Positions 14,502 to 27,876 of a stretch of 64,000 nt of DNA are shown piece by piece. Made by a program: the position numbers and the translations under genes. Source of the DNA: Parasitella parasitica NRRL 2501 (lineage: Eukaryota; Fungi; Mucoromycota). The DNA lies in NCBI GenBank assembly GCA_025201805.1, contig MU619243.1:207436-271435 (forward strand). Direction: 5' to 3'. Below the pieces are notes generated by a model. That model ran no database searches, was not told the DNA's origin, and was given only the letters and a program-made list of their open reading frames with translations. Position 1 is the stretch's first letter. Every line of letters begins with the position of its first letter.

Positions 14502-16468
14502 GAATGCGCTGCAATCCTTACCTGGAGGCGTTTCATGTACTTGTCAAAAACTTCTTGCTTGAGCGCTTCATCTTCAACATTGTGGTACTCTGGCAAGTGC
14601 TCCACTCGTGGTTTGATAATCTCCCAAGTGTCGTCCAACTGAACAGGGGGCTGCAGTGCATGTTTGAGTGCATGTCTAAAGATATCCAACTTCTTTCTCA
14701 GCTTCTTTTCTTGACGACGCTTTTCATCCTTGAGTCGTTGCTGTGCTTTTGCTTGCAAGTGCTCAAATATGAATCGAAGATTGTCTTGGTTGACTTCTTC
14801 GCTCACACGCGTATCGAGTTGCACGGCTTGCAGATATTCATCAAATGTAGTGTCAATGTTTACCTCCAAGTCTGCCTTCTTGAGTGCGTTGTATACAGCC
14901 TTCTTTTGGTGATATAATTGCTCGTCCAAATCATCGATGACATCCCAAAACATATCCAAAGGCGTAGAATCAGGAGATCCCACAACGGCTAAATAACGTG
15001 GGTCGTCTTTAATAACAGGGAATATCTCTTTCCAAAGGGTGCGTACATTGATTTTACGTTGATCAACCAGCTCGTGCATTAACTCTCTAAAGCCTTCTCT
15101 TGCCTTTCTGTCTCTTCTTCTTCTGGAGTTTATCTTTCCATTGAGTTCATTTAGTGGCTCCTCCCATAGAGAACGGTTGTATTCTTCATACACTGACAGT
15201 AAATCCAACATATCCATGCCCTCAAACGTCTCTGCATTGTGCTGGTACTGTTTATACAGATCCTGTGCTTCTTTCCACGATGTTTTGTACGTAATTTCAG
15301 GAATAGACCTCAACAATCTACTAAACCTATCCATGCTCTCTTTTCGCACATCCCGCAGTCTATCCTTTTCCTCGTGCTGCATGTTTTGAATGTATTCGTC
15401 AAAGTAAGGTTCGCGCTGTCTCTCGGGAATTGCATTGAAGGCTGCTAAATGGCTGCAAAGCTTTACAACAGTTCGGAAGCGAGTGTAGGATTTTAGGTCC
15501 TTCTGCTTCAACATATTGAAAAAGTTAGTCTTTAGACGTGCTTCTTTCTGCTCCTTTTCTTCGCGCTCTCGCTTAGCTTCAGCGTCTGCCCAGGCGTGAA
15601 ATGCTGCTTTACGTTCGCCGATTGTTTTGAGTGCTCGATATAATGGCTTGGTAATGATGGCTCGCATAGCTTGATCCCAGCTCCAATCTGACTTGACCCC
15701 AGTTTCCTTTAACAAGCCAAAAAAGGCTTTCTCGGCCTCCTCTTTAGTGGCATATTCTGGTACAGGCTGTGTAAACTGCGCGGATAACGGTGTTTGTAGG
15801 GCTGTTGCCATTATGTGTGATGGTGCAGGGTGAGGTCTGTTGGGGTGAGCGTTAGCTTGTGATACATGCCTAGAAATACCGCATACGTACATATCGTTAG
15901 TCATCGACGCCGCTTTTCTGGCCTTTTCAAGTTGTTCTAAATGCATGTTGTGTTAGGATTCTTATCTCACCACTGATCCATTCAACTGCTAGCTACCTTT
16001 CAACTCTTCAGGAACTTCCCAAACCGTCTCCTTGGTTGCAACATTGCTGTAATAGTTCTTGCCTTCTGGTGTTGTGTACTGTTTCCAATTGGAGCTTTTG
16101 AACACTTTTTCTTCAGGTGTAAGAAGGTCATCCGGTTTTTCCCAGGTGCTTTGTCTCGTTATGTTATTGAACCAGTATTTCCTGCCTTCTGGTGTCGTGT
16201 GTTCTTTCCAAATTGGCTACAAAATACAAAAAAAAAAAAAAAAGTTAGAAACAGTACGTGTAGCCAGCTATAAGCGTGGTATTTACGGCAGGCGGCATAG
16301 GTGGCATTCCGCCTGGAGCTTGCCAAACTTGTCCATTGGGCACCATGCCTTGTGGGGGTACTGGTGGACCACCGTACTATGTTGAAGTGTTAGGTACAAT
16401 TTGCATGATAAAGCAATTTGGGTACTCACTGGGCCGGGTTGATAGTTTCCTGGTGGTGGTCTATACAT
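14148..16468 (-). CDS. PRP40: Pre-mRNA processing factor 40 (two WW domains, FF repeats)
   Basis: WW domains (WKEHTTPEGRKYWFN...STWEKP; WKQYTTPEGKNYYSN...WEVP), FF repeats (AEKAFFGLLKETGV..WSW; KAREGFRELM), GSPDSTPLDMFWD. Confidence 0.93.
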
Positions 16469-16608
16469 GTGGCTTTATTTTTTTTTATTTTATTTTATTA
16501 TATCAAACAAGTGAACAAGAAGGAAAATTTTGTTTTTTTTTCCAAAAAAAAGGTCTAATCATTAATTATTTTCTACTATGTACACCCATGTGATGATGCT
16601 CTCTCCGT

Positions 16609-17854
16609 CTATGCTTCTTTGATGTCTTCAACAAATCCCTCGAGTTTTTCGGCTGCACTTGTGTCTAGTTCCGTAGCACCTGGGCCGCCGGTAGCAGCAG
16701 CGCTCGCACCATCAAAAGAATTATTATCGGTCGCTTCCTTGTTCATTTTATCTTTCCACATATTGGGAACCTTGATTTTTACAAAAGTAGGATAAACGAG
16801 TTTATCGATATATACATTTCTAAGTTTTGTTTGGATCAGATCTCTCAATTTCGGAATATCTTCGAGTTTCGTTCGAGATCCTATCAGCGACTGCACTTTG
16901 AGATCGAGAATAAAGTCTGAATGAGACGAGATGGCGATATAGCGTTCTAAGGGTATTTCGGGTTGTGTGGTTGTTGCAGGAGGACTGACGAGCTCAATCG
17001 TCAACTACATTGCGTTGTTAGTGACTACTGTAAAGCCAGAGCAGCAAAAGATTTAAGCCTTACTGTGCCAGAAAATCGTACAACAGACAGCACAAGCGAT
17101 ATTGGAAGTGCTGCAAACGCCTGCTTGGGCCAATTGAGAATGAGCTGTGTCTCGATCCCCAACGTCACTTGGTCGTTATATTCAAAGTCTATTTCAGCTC
17201 GCTATGGGGATGTACAAATGAAAGATCTTAGCATCTTTTGTGTTGTTTTATAATCAAGCATTTACCATTGATCCCACATCGTCAGAACTCCTAATTCTGG
17301 CGTTGCTGAAAATGGGGAACTCTTCGCCAAGATTGAGCTCAATGACATGAATAGGGCCCAAGAAATTGGGCTTGACTCCACCGTTCAAAATATCATCGAC
17401 TGCCAAAATCAAGCGATCATTGATTTTGGCATCTTCTCTATATTGTAGAATTACTTGTGCTAGTAAAACGTTAAGCCAATCTGTGCTCTCTGGTGGATGG
17501 TGCATCATGTCGTAGTAGGTCTTTGATGTAATGTGATCCTTTGGTAAAGGTGTTGCTGCTCGTGAAGGTGGGGTGCTCGATAGTCTAGATGGAATATAGC
17601 GCTGCAGTGCGTTAACAACAAGGAAGATCAATGCAGTACAGGTCCTGTTTTGTAATTACCTTTTTCACGCGCTTGATGTCCTCTGTGAATAAATATCTCA
17701 GCACCAAGATGACGACTACAATGACACTGAGTTGCCCAAGTATGAAGCCTTTTATAAAGGATAGCAAACTGCTCTTGGTGCAGCTTATTTCGCTGATTAT
17801 TGACACTAGCTCATGCTGCGAAATGGGAGAAATTAGGGCAGTTGCGGTCTCCAT
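16609..17854 (-). CDS. MMM1: ERMES subunit Mmm1 (TM plus SMP domain)
   Basis: SFIKGFILGQLSV transmembrane segment, PESTDWLNVLLAQ, LGEEFPIFSN, LIGSRTKLEDIPK. Confidence 0.93.
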
Positions 17855-17866
17855 GATAATCGATTA

Positions 17867-17907
<41 letters not shown>

Positions 17908-18572
17908 AAACTCTGTTGATAGGTAGCTGATGAAAAGGATCTCCATGAAAGACTTTCGGGGCCATTAGAAAAAATAGTCCAAGTGTTACAACAGTTGTGG
18001 TGCTTGCAGAAGCCAGAAAGAATGAACCATCCCTTTTGTATATTGATGGCAGAATAAAAAAAACACCAATGTACACTGGCAGGGCCGTGTTGCAAACTAC
18101 TTTTTACATATCACGTACAGTTATTTATGAGAATAAATTCTTTAATTATGCGATTCTGATTGACCATCATCGATATAGAGGCAATTATGGTGAACTTGTT
18201 TCTAATATAGCATTGTATCATAAAAAAAATTAAAAAAAAAATTGCTATTATATGCACCTTTTACGTTCGTTGGTAAAAAAAGTTTGAGGGTTCACTGCTA
18301 TCAAAAGGGCAGAGATAGGGTAAAGCTTTTGGACTCATTGACAGGTATTGAGAGCCCATTGCAGCACGCGTGTTTACAGAATAATGGATGAGAGCCGATC
18401 TACACATGAATGCTTGTAAAAATTAAAATTAAAAATTAAAATCTCATTGCATGCGTAAATATCTGGGCCGTTGTTTAAGTAAAGAATGCTCATGTTATCT
18501 GAATATATATATATATATATGGACGAGCGTAAACAATGCCATTTAATCTGCTTTCATTCCTTTGTTGTAAAT

Positions 18573-19462
18573 ATGAAATTGAAATACCTGCTAGTCGTAA
18601 GTGGCTTTATCACTAATTCTGTTGTACTTGGTAAGCTTGAATTCCCATAACTGGTTGCTGCGAACGGAAGCACTGATGTGAAACACTGGCAATTGCAGCC
18701 ACACAAATTGAAAAAATCAAGGAACAGGTATGGAACGAAAACGACAGTGCATGGGAGGAGGTCAACAATCCGGATGTTGTCACAAACGATTCAACGGGTG
18801 GCCCTGTCTATGAGACAGTTACTGTCACCACCACCTGGGTTGCACCAGACCTCAATATATGGGTAAGTGTTTGCATTTTACAGTAGAATCAGTCATGCAT
18901 ATTGTCAAGATAGGCATACGCAGATGGGTATTTGCCAGCCACGACTACTGTATATGACACGGAAGACGAGGCGCAGATGGCATTGGAGCGTGAAGGAGGA
19001 AAAAAGAAAAAGTTCAGGAGAAAAAAAAAGCATTTCAAAAAGAAAAAGCACCACCGTAGTCGTCCTTACATAAAGCCTCAAGCGTACCTGGATGAACAAC
19101 AAGCTGCAAGTAGTAAAGATGCGTTTACTGGTAAATATCAGGATATTTTAAGCATGCAAGAAGGAGATATTATTGTTGAAGAGTGGGAGGATCAATACGG
19201 TAATGTAATTGCTGCGTCTGTATACAGCTATAATCATGCCGGTAATGCTGGCACGGATGAAAAGGATATCATGTCCACCTCAATATCAGAACCACCGATG
19301 CCAGCGTCTATTTCGGCTTCATTGGGGACAGCAGAGACTTTGTTCCCCAAGGTGTTACTGAATGATAAACAAGATGTTGTTTCTTCCAATGCCAATACTG
19401 TCAAAGGCAAGCTCATAAGCTGGGCAATGGCGCCCATTGCTATTGTTTGCTATTTAGCCTAG
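18573..19462 (+). CDS. Hypothetical secreted, possibly GPI-anchored protein, 3 exons
   Basis: Signal-peptide-like MKLKYLLVVSGFITNSVVL; GTAAG donors at 18631 and 18862 join in frame; hydrophobic C-terminus after SSNAN. Confidence 0.65.
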
Positions 19463-19851
19463 TTATGCCAGCTACTAGCATACACATATTTATCTTGCAG
19501 ATGTGAATAAATTCGGTTTATTTAGTTTGCAGGCCCACCATATAGAACCATTGAGCTATGCTCCACAATTGTTCAAGTGTGTTTAGGCGTAAGTAGACCA
19601 AACGGCTGTGTTTGCATCTGACAACTAAACCGTAGCTACATGGTCGATCCTCAATCGATATGAGCTTCTTACCTACACGAGAGATCTGAATTGCTTAAGG
19701 GAGCAATCCAAGGTTGTTTGCATGAGTTGTCTATCAAGTTCTCTCCACATCCAGTCACTGTTGTCGACGAGTACTTTTTTTTTTCTTCTTTTTTTTATTT
19801 CCTCTGTTTATAAGTTTGCTTTCAAATTACTACTACTACATCCACTTGTAA

Positions 19852-21289
19852 ATGCAGCAGAACCGACTCACAAAAGAAGAATACCGCCAAGCAAAAGACC
19901 TTGATGCCGCTCGAAAGGCCGGTACAGCGCCTGCAGAAGTAGATGATGAAGGCAGAGAAATCAACCCTCACACCCCGCAGTTCATGTTGAAAGCGCCATG
20001 GTATGTCGACAATGGCAAAGTATCATTGAAGCATCAAAGAGCACCAGAAAAACGCAAAGGCCCCAAGTTTACTGAAGACGACAACTTTTGGTACGCTAGA
20101 GGAAAGAGAGCTGTAAGTTTTACCGACGATTTGATCGTAAATGGCAGTTGGTGATGCTTTTTTTTTTTTTTTCTATGTAGGGCCCTGCTGCTACAAAATA
20201 CCGCAAAGGAGCCTGTGATAATTGCGGGGCGATGACACACAAGACAAAGGATTGCGTAGAGCGTCCTCGTAAAAAGGGCGCTAAATGGACAGGAGAGAAT
20301 ATCAAAGCAGATGAGATTGTTCAAGAAGTTGACTTGGACTGGGATGAAAAGAGAGATCGATGGAATGGATATGACCCCAAGGAGCACGACAAGGTCATTG
20401 AAGAATACAACCAAATAGAAGAGGCAAGAAAGAAGGCCAAGGCATCTGAACTGGACAAACAAGGCCCGACAACAACTTCAGAAGCCAAGAAAATTGCAGG
20501 ATTATCCGATGATGAAGACCAAGACGACGATGACAAATACGCTGATGCTGCAGACATGCCTGGCCAACATGTGAATCAAAAGACTAGAACGACCATCCGT
20601 AATTTGAGAATTCGTGAAGACACCGCCAAATACTTGTTGAATTTAGATACGGACTCGGCCTTTTACGATCCAAAAACTCGTTCTATGCGTGAAAATCCTC
20701 TTGCTGATCAAACGGACGATGGCATCGACTTTTCGGGCGACAACTTTGTGAGATATACCGGTGATGCGCCGCAAATGGCCAAAGTGCAGATGTTTGCTTG
20801 GCAAGCTTCTGAGAGAGGAAATGAAGTGCATCTCCAGGCCAATCCTACGCAAGTCGCTATTCTCCATAAAGAATATGAATCCAAGAAAGATCAAGTTAGA
20901 GATACTACTCAAAAGAGTATCTTGGAAAAATATGGCGGTGAAGAATATTTGGAAGCACCCCCAAAGGAATTGCTATTAGCACAAAGCGAAAATTATGTAG
21001 AGTATTCTAGAACTGGCAGAGTTATTAAAGGCCAAGAACGAGCCAAGGCCAGATCAAAATATGAAGAAGACGGTAAGGTTTACACGTGGAAGCCTTTTTT
21101 TTTTCTTTTTGTTCGATGTTCTCTGACATTTTTCTTGTAGTTTTCATCAATAATCACACAACTGTCTGGGGTTCTTATTGGTCAGAAGGTCAATGGGGAT
21201 ATAAATGTTGTCGCTCAAATGTCAAAAATTCATACTGTACGGGCCAAGCAGGCGTCGAAGCACAAAAGGCTTCTTTGCTTATTAAATAA
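19852..21289 (+). CDS. SLU7: Second-step splicing factor Slu7, 3 exons
   Basis: [22 protein letters not shown], zinc knuckle [48 protein letters not shown]. Confidence 0.96.
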
Positions 21290-22509
21290 ACGCCTTTCTT
21301 TTGGAACCTTCAAATAGCTTTTTTTTTCTTGCCATGCATTAGTCTTTTCAGCCTTTTTTGGGCTAAATTATACATGTTGATTGTCCAGGCAATGATCGTA
21401 AACCACCTTGAGCAATTGCTTATCAATCAACGTACCGGTTATCAGTAGATTGAAGATGGTGACGCTTTCGGGTTCCCACAGATAACTTTCTGCAATTCAT
21501 CATTGCTTTTCCTAGTGTAATGAGATTGTGGCAAGGACATTGTATTCATTCAACGAAATACAGTTTGTGGTAGCTCGACGAGATCCAAACACGTTGGACT
21601 GACAGCCACGGCAATAAAATCCTGGTCCGTCGCTCAGGTTGTTCCCATTAGCTGAACTAATCCTTGGGATACTGCTTGGTATAACCTTTTTTACAGATAT
21701 TTCTTGCACATAATGACAGATACTTGAGCGATATACGTATGATGGCCAATATGGCACACTGTGTATTGTACAATGTATTGGGATGTCTTTCTTCGCATGA
21801 GGAGCAGTGTAGTAAATATTATAAACTCAGGATACCTATCCAAGTAAGGGGGGCGGCATGACCATTTGGTTGCACAAAAGTGGTATTTAGTTTGTCATGA
21901 TGATCATGGATATTTAAACTAATTACATTTTAACATTTTAAAAATAAAATAAAAAATAGTGAAGGTATGCGTGGTTAAAGGTGGTTATATTGCCGTTTAT
22001 TTTTGCTGTTGCTCCTGGCAGGCAGTACGTTTTCTTGATATGACGAACAATCTAGTTTCATGTTCAGTCCAAATGAGTGTTTGATCTCTTGTATCACCAT
22101 ACAATGTGTTATTTATTGTACAATACTACATGAAAACTTTTTGATGGAGAGCTACAAAAGTAATATGTATCCTGTGAAGCGGATTCCTTTGGCAATTCCT
22201 TCATATGCTTAAAGTATTCTAAAAAAGGTCATATGTAAAAAGGAAAGGGATTTAGTGCATGGTTGGAGCCATGCAAAATAGCAGAGATGGGTGCTATAAA
22301 ATTCCTTGTCTTTGTCCTTCATTCGACGCCTTTTTTTTTTTTTTTCTTCTTCTCAAGAAACTTTATCTCCAAAAACACACGCAAAACCTCTCCCGTCCCC
22401 CGCCTTTTGCGTTTTAATTCAAGGTTTCGCATCATCTCTTTTCTTCTTTCTCCTCTTGTTCTCCTCTTGATTACACCAACACCACCAACACTACCACCAC
22501 CACAACAAC

Positions 22510-24104
22510 ATGGAAGATTCAAACGAGTTCTTCAAGCTTGATTATGCACCGTTTTTCAGCGATATCGACTGGAACGAAAGCCAATCTACCGGCAACTCTT
22601 TTATACCCATGGTATTTGACCAGCAAAAGATACCACCTTCTTATCAGCACCAACCATTTCAACGAAGACGCAGCTCATCCGTTGATTTACCGATAAATCC
22701 GCTCTACTCCAATACAAACAGATTTATGATGGGAACGAATGAAACAACCATACATGAGGAAGACCCTCAGCTTCATCCTGCTTTTAAAGTAGGCTCTTCT
22801 GCAGTGAGTGTTCTTTTTTTTTCTTCTCAGTTTTGATATGCAGCTTCCTAATCCCATAAAACCTAGACACTCGAATTTCCAGCAGCAAGCAACAACTTTA
22901 ACGTTAGTAATTTGTTTGCGAACGCTATTGCCGGTGGATCCCCTTCTCTATCCACATGCTCTTCCACGAATAATGATGAAAATATGATATCACCTCCGTT
23001 GAGCCAAGCACTTTTAGCACCATCATCACTACCACAGCAACAGCATCAGCATCAGCATCAGCATCAGCAACAGCAACAGCAACAGCAGCATCAGCAGCAT
23101 CAGCAGCATCAGCACCAGCATCAGCATCAGCACCAGCACCAGCAACAACCACAGCCACAGCCACAAATCCAAAAGAAACCTTCTCCTCCCACCCAAGCAT
23201 CGCAACAACAAACAATCACTTTTTTCCCAGAACTGCATCGTACCTCTTACAATTCCATCTTGGGCAAGCAACTCAAGCAACATCAAAAGAGAAGAAGATC
23301 CTCATCACTACCGCCTGTTTTCCACAACTACAATAACAATAACAACAACAACAAGACTGCGACAAAGCCTACACCCTTAATTTTTACCCAGATACAAGTG
23401 ACGGACCCTACTCCCATTCACCATACCCAAAAGGCTGCCAAGGTGGACAGTCGTCCGATCGCTATCGAAAGAGTGCCGAAAAAAGAAAAAGTAGCGGCTC
23501 CTGTGATCAGCGACCCTGTTGAAAAGCAAAGAAAGCTGGATGACGCATTGGCCAACGTCAACTTTGAAGATGTTACAGTGGCAGAGTTGAAGGAAATGCT
23601 CAGAGAACGTGGTTTATCAAGTTCAGGCAAAAAAGCTGTACTGACAGGTCGGCTTCGGGACGCCCGTGATAAACTGCTTGGCAACCAAGTGAAAAGAGAC
23701 CATTTCTCCACCTCTCCTGCTATTCAGGGCATAGCTGACATGTCTATTCACTCGCCTTGTCCACCCAATATCTTCTCTCCAATGCAAGATTCCATTATTC
23801 ACCCATCAGAAACCGCAACAAATTCAAACTATCACTATCAACAGAACGCAGCGGCGGGTCCTGACCAGCCTGCAAACGATTTAGATATTAATGGTATGTT
23901 GAATGCACATGAACAAAAAAAAACAAAGGGGGGAAGGAGTTTATTAATTGTGCTCTATCAGATTTGTTCGATTTTGATACTATGCTTGATGGTAATGCAG
24001 TTTTATTTCCACCAGCATCACAGCAGCAGCAACAGCAAGAGCAATGGGAGTCTGATTGGGACCAAAGCAAACTCGATCTTTTTTTGACTGGACTAGTGGA
24101 ATAA
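22510..24104 (+). CDS. SAP-domain, Q/H-rich putative nuclear protein, 3 exons
   Basis: SAP motif VTVAELKEMLRERGLSSSGKKAVLTGRL; two RRRSSS motifs; last exon 23962-24104 gives an acidic/aromatic tail. Confidence 0.8.
23035..23163 (+). repeat. CAGCAT/CAGCAA coding microsatellite (poly-Q, QH and QP runs)
   Basis: Directly visible tandem repeats. Confidence 0.9.
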
Positions 24105-25020
24105 TTTACCAAGCAATTCTCTTGGTAATACTTTAGTTGCTTCGACAGGTACTAGAGATTTTTGAAATAAACTTTCAAAACTCTTCACCAAGTTGTGTAT
24201 CACATCTTGAGGGCTTGTTTGTTTTTGTGTTTCTTTGCTAATAGATGTAACAAACTTGTCAGATAATCCACAGGGCACGATTTGGTCAAACCAACCGAGA
24301 TCCACATTGCAGTTCAGTGCTAATCCGTGGCTGCTGACATAGCGCTGTAGATGGACCCCTAAAGCTGCAATTTTCGCATCTTGACCTACCCAAACTCCAG
24401 TATTTTCAGTTGTATTTGCCTTGACGTCATATTTAGCACAACAGTCTATAATAGTCTTTTCTAATCTTGATACATAGCATCGGACAGTAAGCTTTCGTAT
24501 TACAAGATTAGAATATAGGAGAGAAAATAAACACCCCCCCCCTCCCCTCTCTCCTCCCCCTTTCGATAGATTAAATATTTCTTACTTGATAATCTCTCAC
24601 ATCCAGGATAGGGTAGGCAATAAGCTGCCCAGGACCATGGAATGTAATTTGTCCTCCTCGCATTGTTTCGTAATAATCAGCCCCAAGTCTTCGCAGTCTA
24701 TTCTCCTCTTCCAATTCAGTTTTGCCTCGAATTCTTCGACCAGCTGTAAATGTAGGTGGGTGCTCCAAGAAGCAGATCATGTCAGCAGGATCAGACGTCT
24801 CCAAAGTTTGCTGTGTGATTTGATGACGCCTTGAAACTAGGTATGATTGTAGTTCCAATGCAGCATCATATTTGACCAAACCGGGTAATGTCAAATAACC
24901 AATTGGTTTATCATTCAAAGGCTTCACCAAGGGCCCTTGGCAAGAGCTTTCGGCTACAGCAGTAGAATATGAGAATCGCTGCAGTGGTTGTGCTAGCCGT
25001 GCCAAAGATCTGGTGATCAT
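24093..25020 (-). CDS. LIP2: Mitochondrial octanoyltransferase (LipB family), 2 exons
   Basis: LEHPPTFTAG, RGGQITFHGPGQLIAYPILD, TGVWVG..KIAALGVH, SSHGLALNC, FDQIVPCGL; presequence-like N-terminus. Confidence 0.96.
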
Positions 25021-25030
25021 TGTATATCGA

Positions 25031-25040
25031 NNNNNNNNNN
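25031..25040. other. Assembly gap (10 N)
   Basis: Run of n. Confidence 1.
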
Positions 25041-25667
25041 AAAAAGAAGCCGAGAAATCAAGTATTTGTAATCAAGAGAAAAAATTTAGTTTTAATAAAC
25101 ACAGCCCTTAAATATTCCCTTTTATTCCAAAGCTTGCCTTTAAACTTTTGCATTCGAGTCCCCTTGATCCATGATTAGCAATGCTGGCCTTGCAGCGTTC
25201 GGCTGCCAAAGTACATGACTACATGTAGGCAATTTTCGCTAAACTACATGTTAATCGGGGACAAGTTGCGTTACGTCCCATTGTCGATTTAAAAGGCAAT
25301 ATCACGGGAAGGAGCCGAAATGTTAGGGCGAACTCAAGTAAAAGTATACGCGCACATCCGTTAAAACGATTTGGAATACATCTACCTACAAAAAAAGAAT
25401 AGATGTCAGCAACGCTTACTAAATGTTAGAAAGTAATCTCTTCAAAGCTCAAGAGCTGGCAGAAAATTGCTCGAAAATCTGTTGATTGTTTCTCGTCATA
25501 TTCTCTGTGCAAAAAAGTCAGAAAAGAGTATGCACTTGGCTTTTTATTCACTTTGCTGATAGAGAACTTTGACCACTTTACTTTTTCTTGTATTGAATTC
25601 TTACTGCCCGTCTAGCAGGAAAATCAAGCTTTTTGAAAGCCCAAGAAAATCAGATGCACGATATGTG

Positions 25668-25698
<31 letters not shown>

Positions 25699-27170
25699 CA
25701 GTGATACAGCAGTTTACAACACAACACGGCAATAACGTCAACCGAGGACAAGTTTTCTATACTAAAATAAAAGCTCTAGAGAGGCGAACAATCACTTGAT
25801 TAACTTGGTTTAAGAAAGTCCTGAGCTCAGAAGAGCTTACAAAAATCATGCAAAACTTCAGACTCGTCTTCACCATGCAAAAATAACCAGTGATATCATC
25901 GCCGCTGTTGTTACATCTGAGAGACAAAGAACGACAAGTTTAAATGAATATTACCATTTACACAATACCATTTGGTTAATTTCTAGAACACCCAATGCTC
26001 TGATGCTTTCGTGTGCCAAATTGAAACCAACCATGTCCACCAACCTTCTTCTGTATGATAGTCGATACAACTCTTTCATACATCCTTACAGTGCAAATTT
26101 TCATCTCTCATTCTTTTACGCATCAGATGTTACTAACCTATTATTCTCGAAACAATATTGAAGTCCACCTTCCTTTATTTCATCTGAATTAACTTCTTAA
26201 AAGCTTCGTTACGCTCTCAGATGTATGACAATTTATGCTATCGCAGAGATATGGACATTGTAAACATATAAAGCTCTACCCAAACTAAAGGTCTTAGGTT
26301 GACTGTGGACGTGATGCGACTAATGACAATTTCCCAGCGTTGGGAGATTTGTTGGCAGATGCCAGCTATATAGTGCTTCCACCGTCAATTGGATCAATTT
26401 TAGAAAGAATTCGATGATGAGACTTTTTTTCTTTTACATATCGTGGAATTGAAAGTTTTAACAATATTTAGAGCTACAGATAAAAAAAAAAAAAGAAACT
26501 GGATGAAAGTAAGTATCAATCTGTATGTACGACATTTTACTTCAGTCATATGATAAAATTTGCTTTCATCAAACAGAAAAATAAGACAATTAGCCACATT
26601 AAGTGCATATTTGTCACTAATATACATAAATCTTGTATCTGTGAATATTTATTATTGACTGAGGGCAAATTCTTTCATTGACGATGAGTATACTGATGCA
26701 GTCTATTGTTAGACTTGTGGAAATGTGCCTCTAGTAGTCCTCTTATTACCGAATGACTAGAATTTTAGATGGAAGCAAACGCTGGGTGTGTTTGTAGTAA
26801 GGGGAGGGGATACACAGCTAATCTCTCGTAATACTACTAAGCACAGGATTTTTGTCACCGTCATTAATACCAGTTTTAAAATATCATCATACTCAAGAAA
26901 ACTTGCTTCAAACACCAAGAACCTTGCGCAATCAACAATATTCATATGCATATCACAATTATAATTCTTGATTTCAATAAGCTGTTTTAACCAGCAACAG
27001 CACCGTCACCACAATCCACCCAAATTCGGTGTATAGTTTGCAATATGTAAATCAGTAGACCTAAATATGTATTTGAAAAACTTTTGCTATTAACTAGTCG
27101 AGTATGACACATAATATAATACTTATATTGTTATGTACAACTTCATATTGCTAAAGTCAAGATAGAAAGA

Positions 27171-27498
27171 CTCTCTGCCACTACACCATAGAGTTAAGTC
27201 TTAGGTGTGAGCCATTTATCCCTAAATGTTCCTTCGACAAAGAAGTGTACGAAGTAGAGCATTAGCAGAGGGTTGAGTGCACGATATCTATTCGCTGTTG
27301 AAGGAATAGCCAAGATGACACCCATGTCTTTCATCAAAGAAGCTCTCTGCCACTACACCATAGAGTTGAGTCTTAGGTGTGAGCCATTTATCCCTAAATG
27401 TTCCTTCGACAAAGAAGTGTACGAAGTAGAGCATTAGCAGAGGGTTGAGTGCACGATATCTATTCACTGTTGAAGGAATAGCCAAGATGACACCCATG
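27171..27498. repeat. Direct tandem duplication of 156 bp (27171-27326 and 27343-27498)
   Basis: Two copies with 2 mismatches, separated by a 16-nt spacer. Confidence 0.95.
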
Positions 27499-27876
27499 CT
27501 TCTTTGTTATGACTTTACAATATGAAATGCAAAAATTCATTCAATTATACACGTTCTTTTCTTGTCTTAAATTACACCAAATCTATAACTATACGGAATT
27601 ACATCAGTATTGTCAAGAGGAATAAGTCTGTAGGAATTCTTGTTTCGTGATTTACTTACACTGTCGATTAAAAAAATCCGATGTGTCGCCACGAACTTTT
27701 TTGTTTGGAAGAAAAAGTGTACTCTTATAAAGAAGAATGGAATACGTCGTCATTATGAAAGAAAGAAAAAGTGACGTATTTTTAGCGTGACTTTTTTCCC
27801 GCGTTCATGCAAAATGGCAGCACCCTTTTTTTAAATTTTATTATAATGTCAATATTTAGGCTCTTATTTAAAGACA

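Noticed and set aside
14336-14917. 193-aa plus-strand ORF and many similar antisense ORFs
   Set aside because: Shadows of real genes; the poly-K/poly-F stretches come from A/T homopolymers in introns and intergenic DNA
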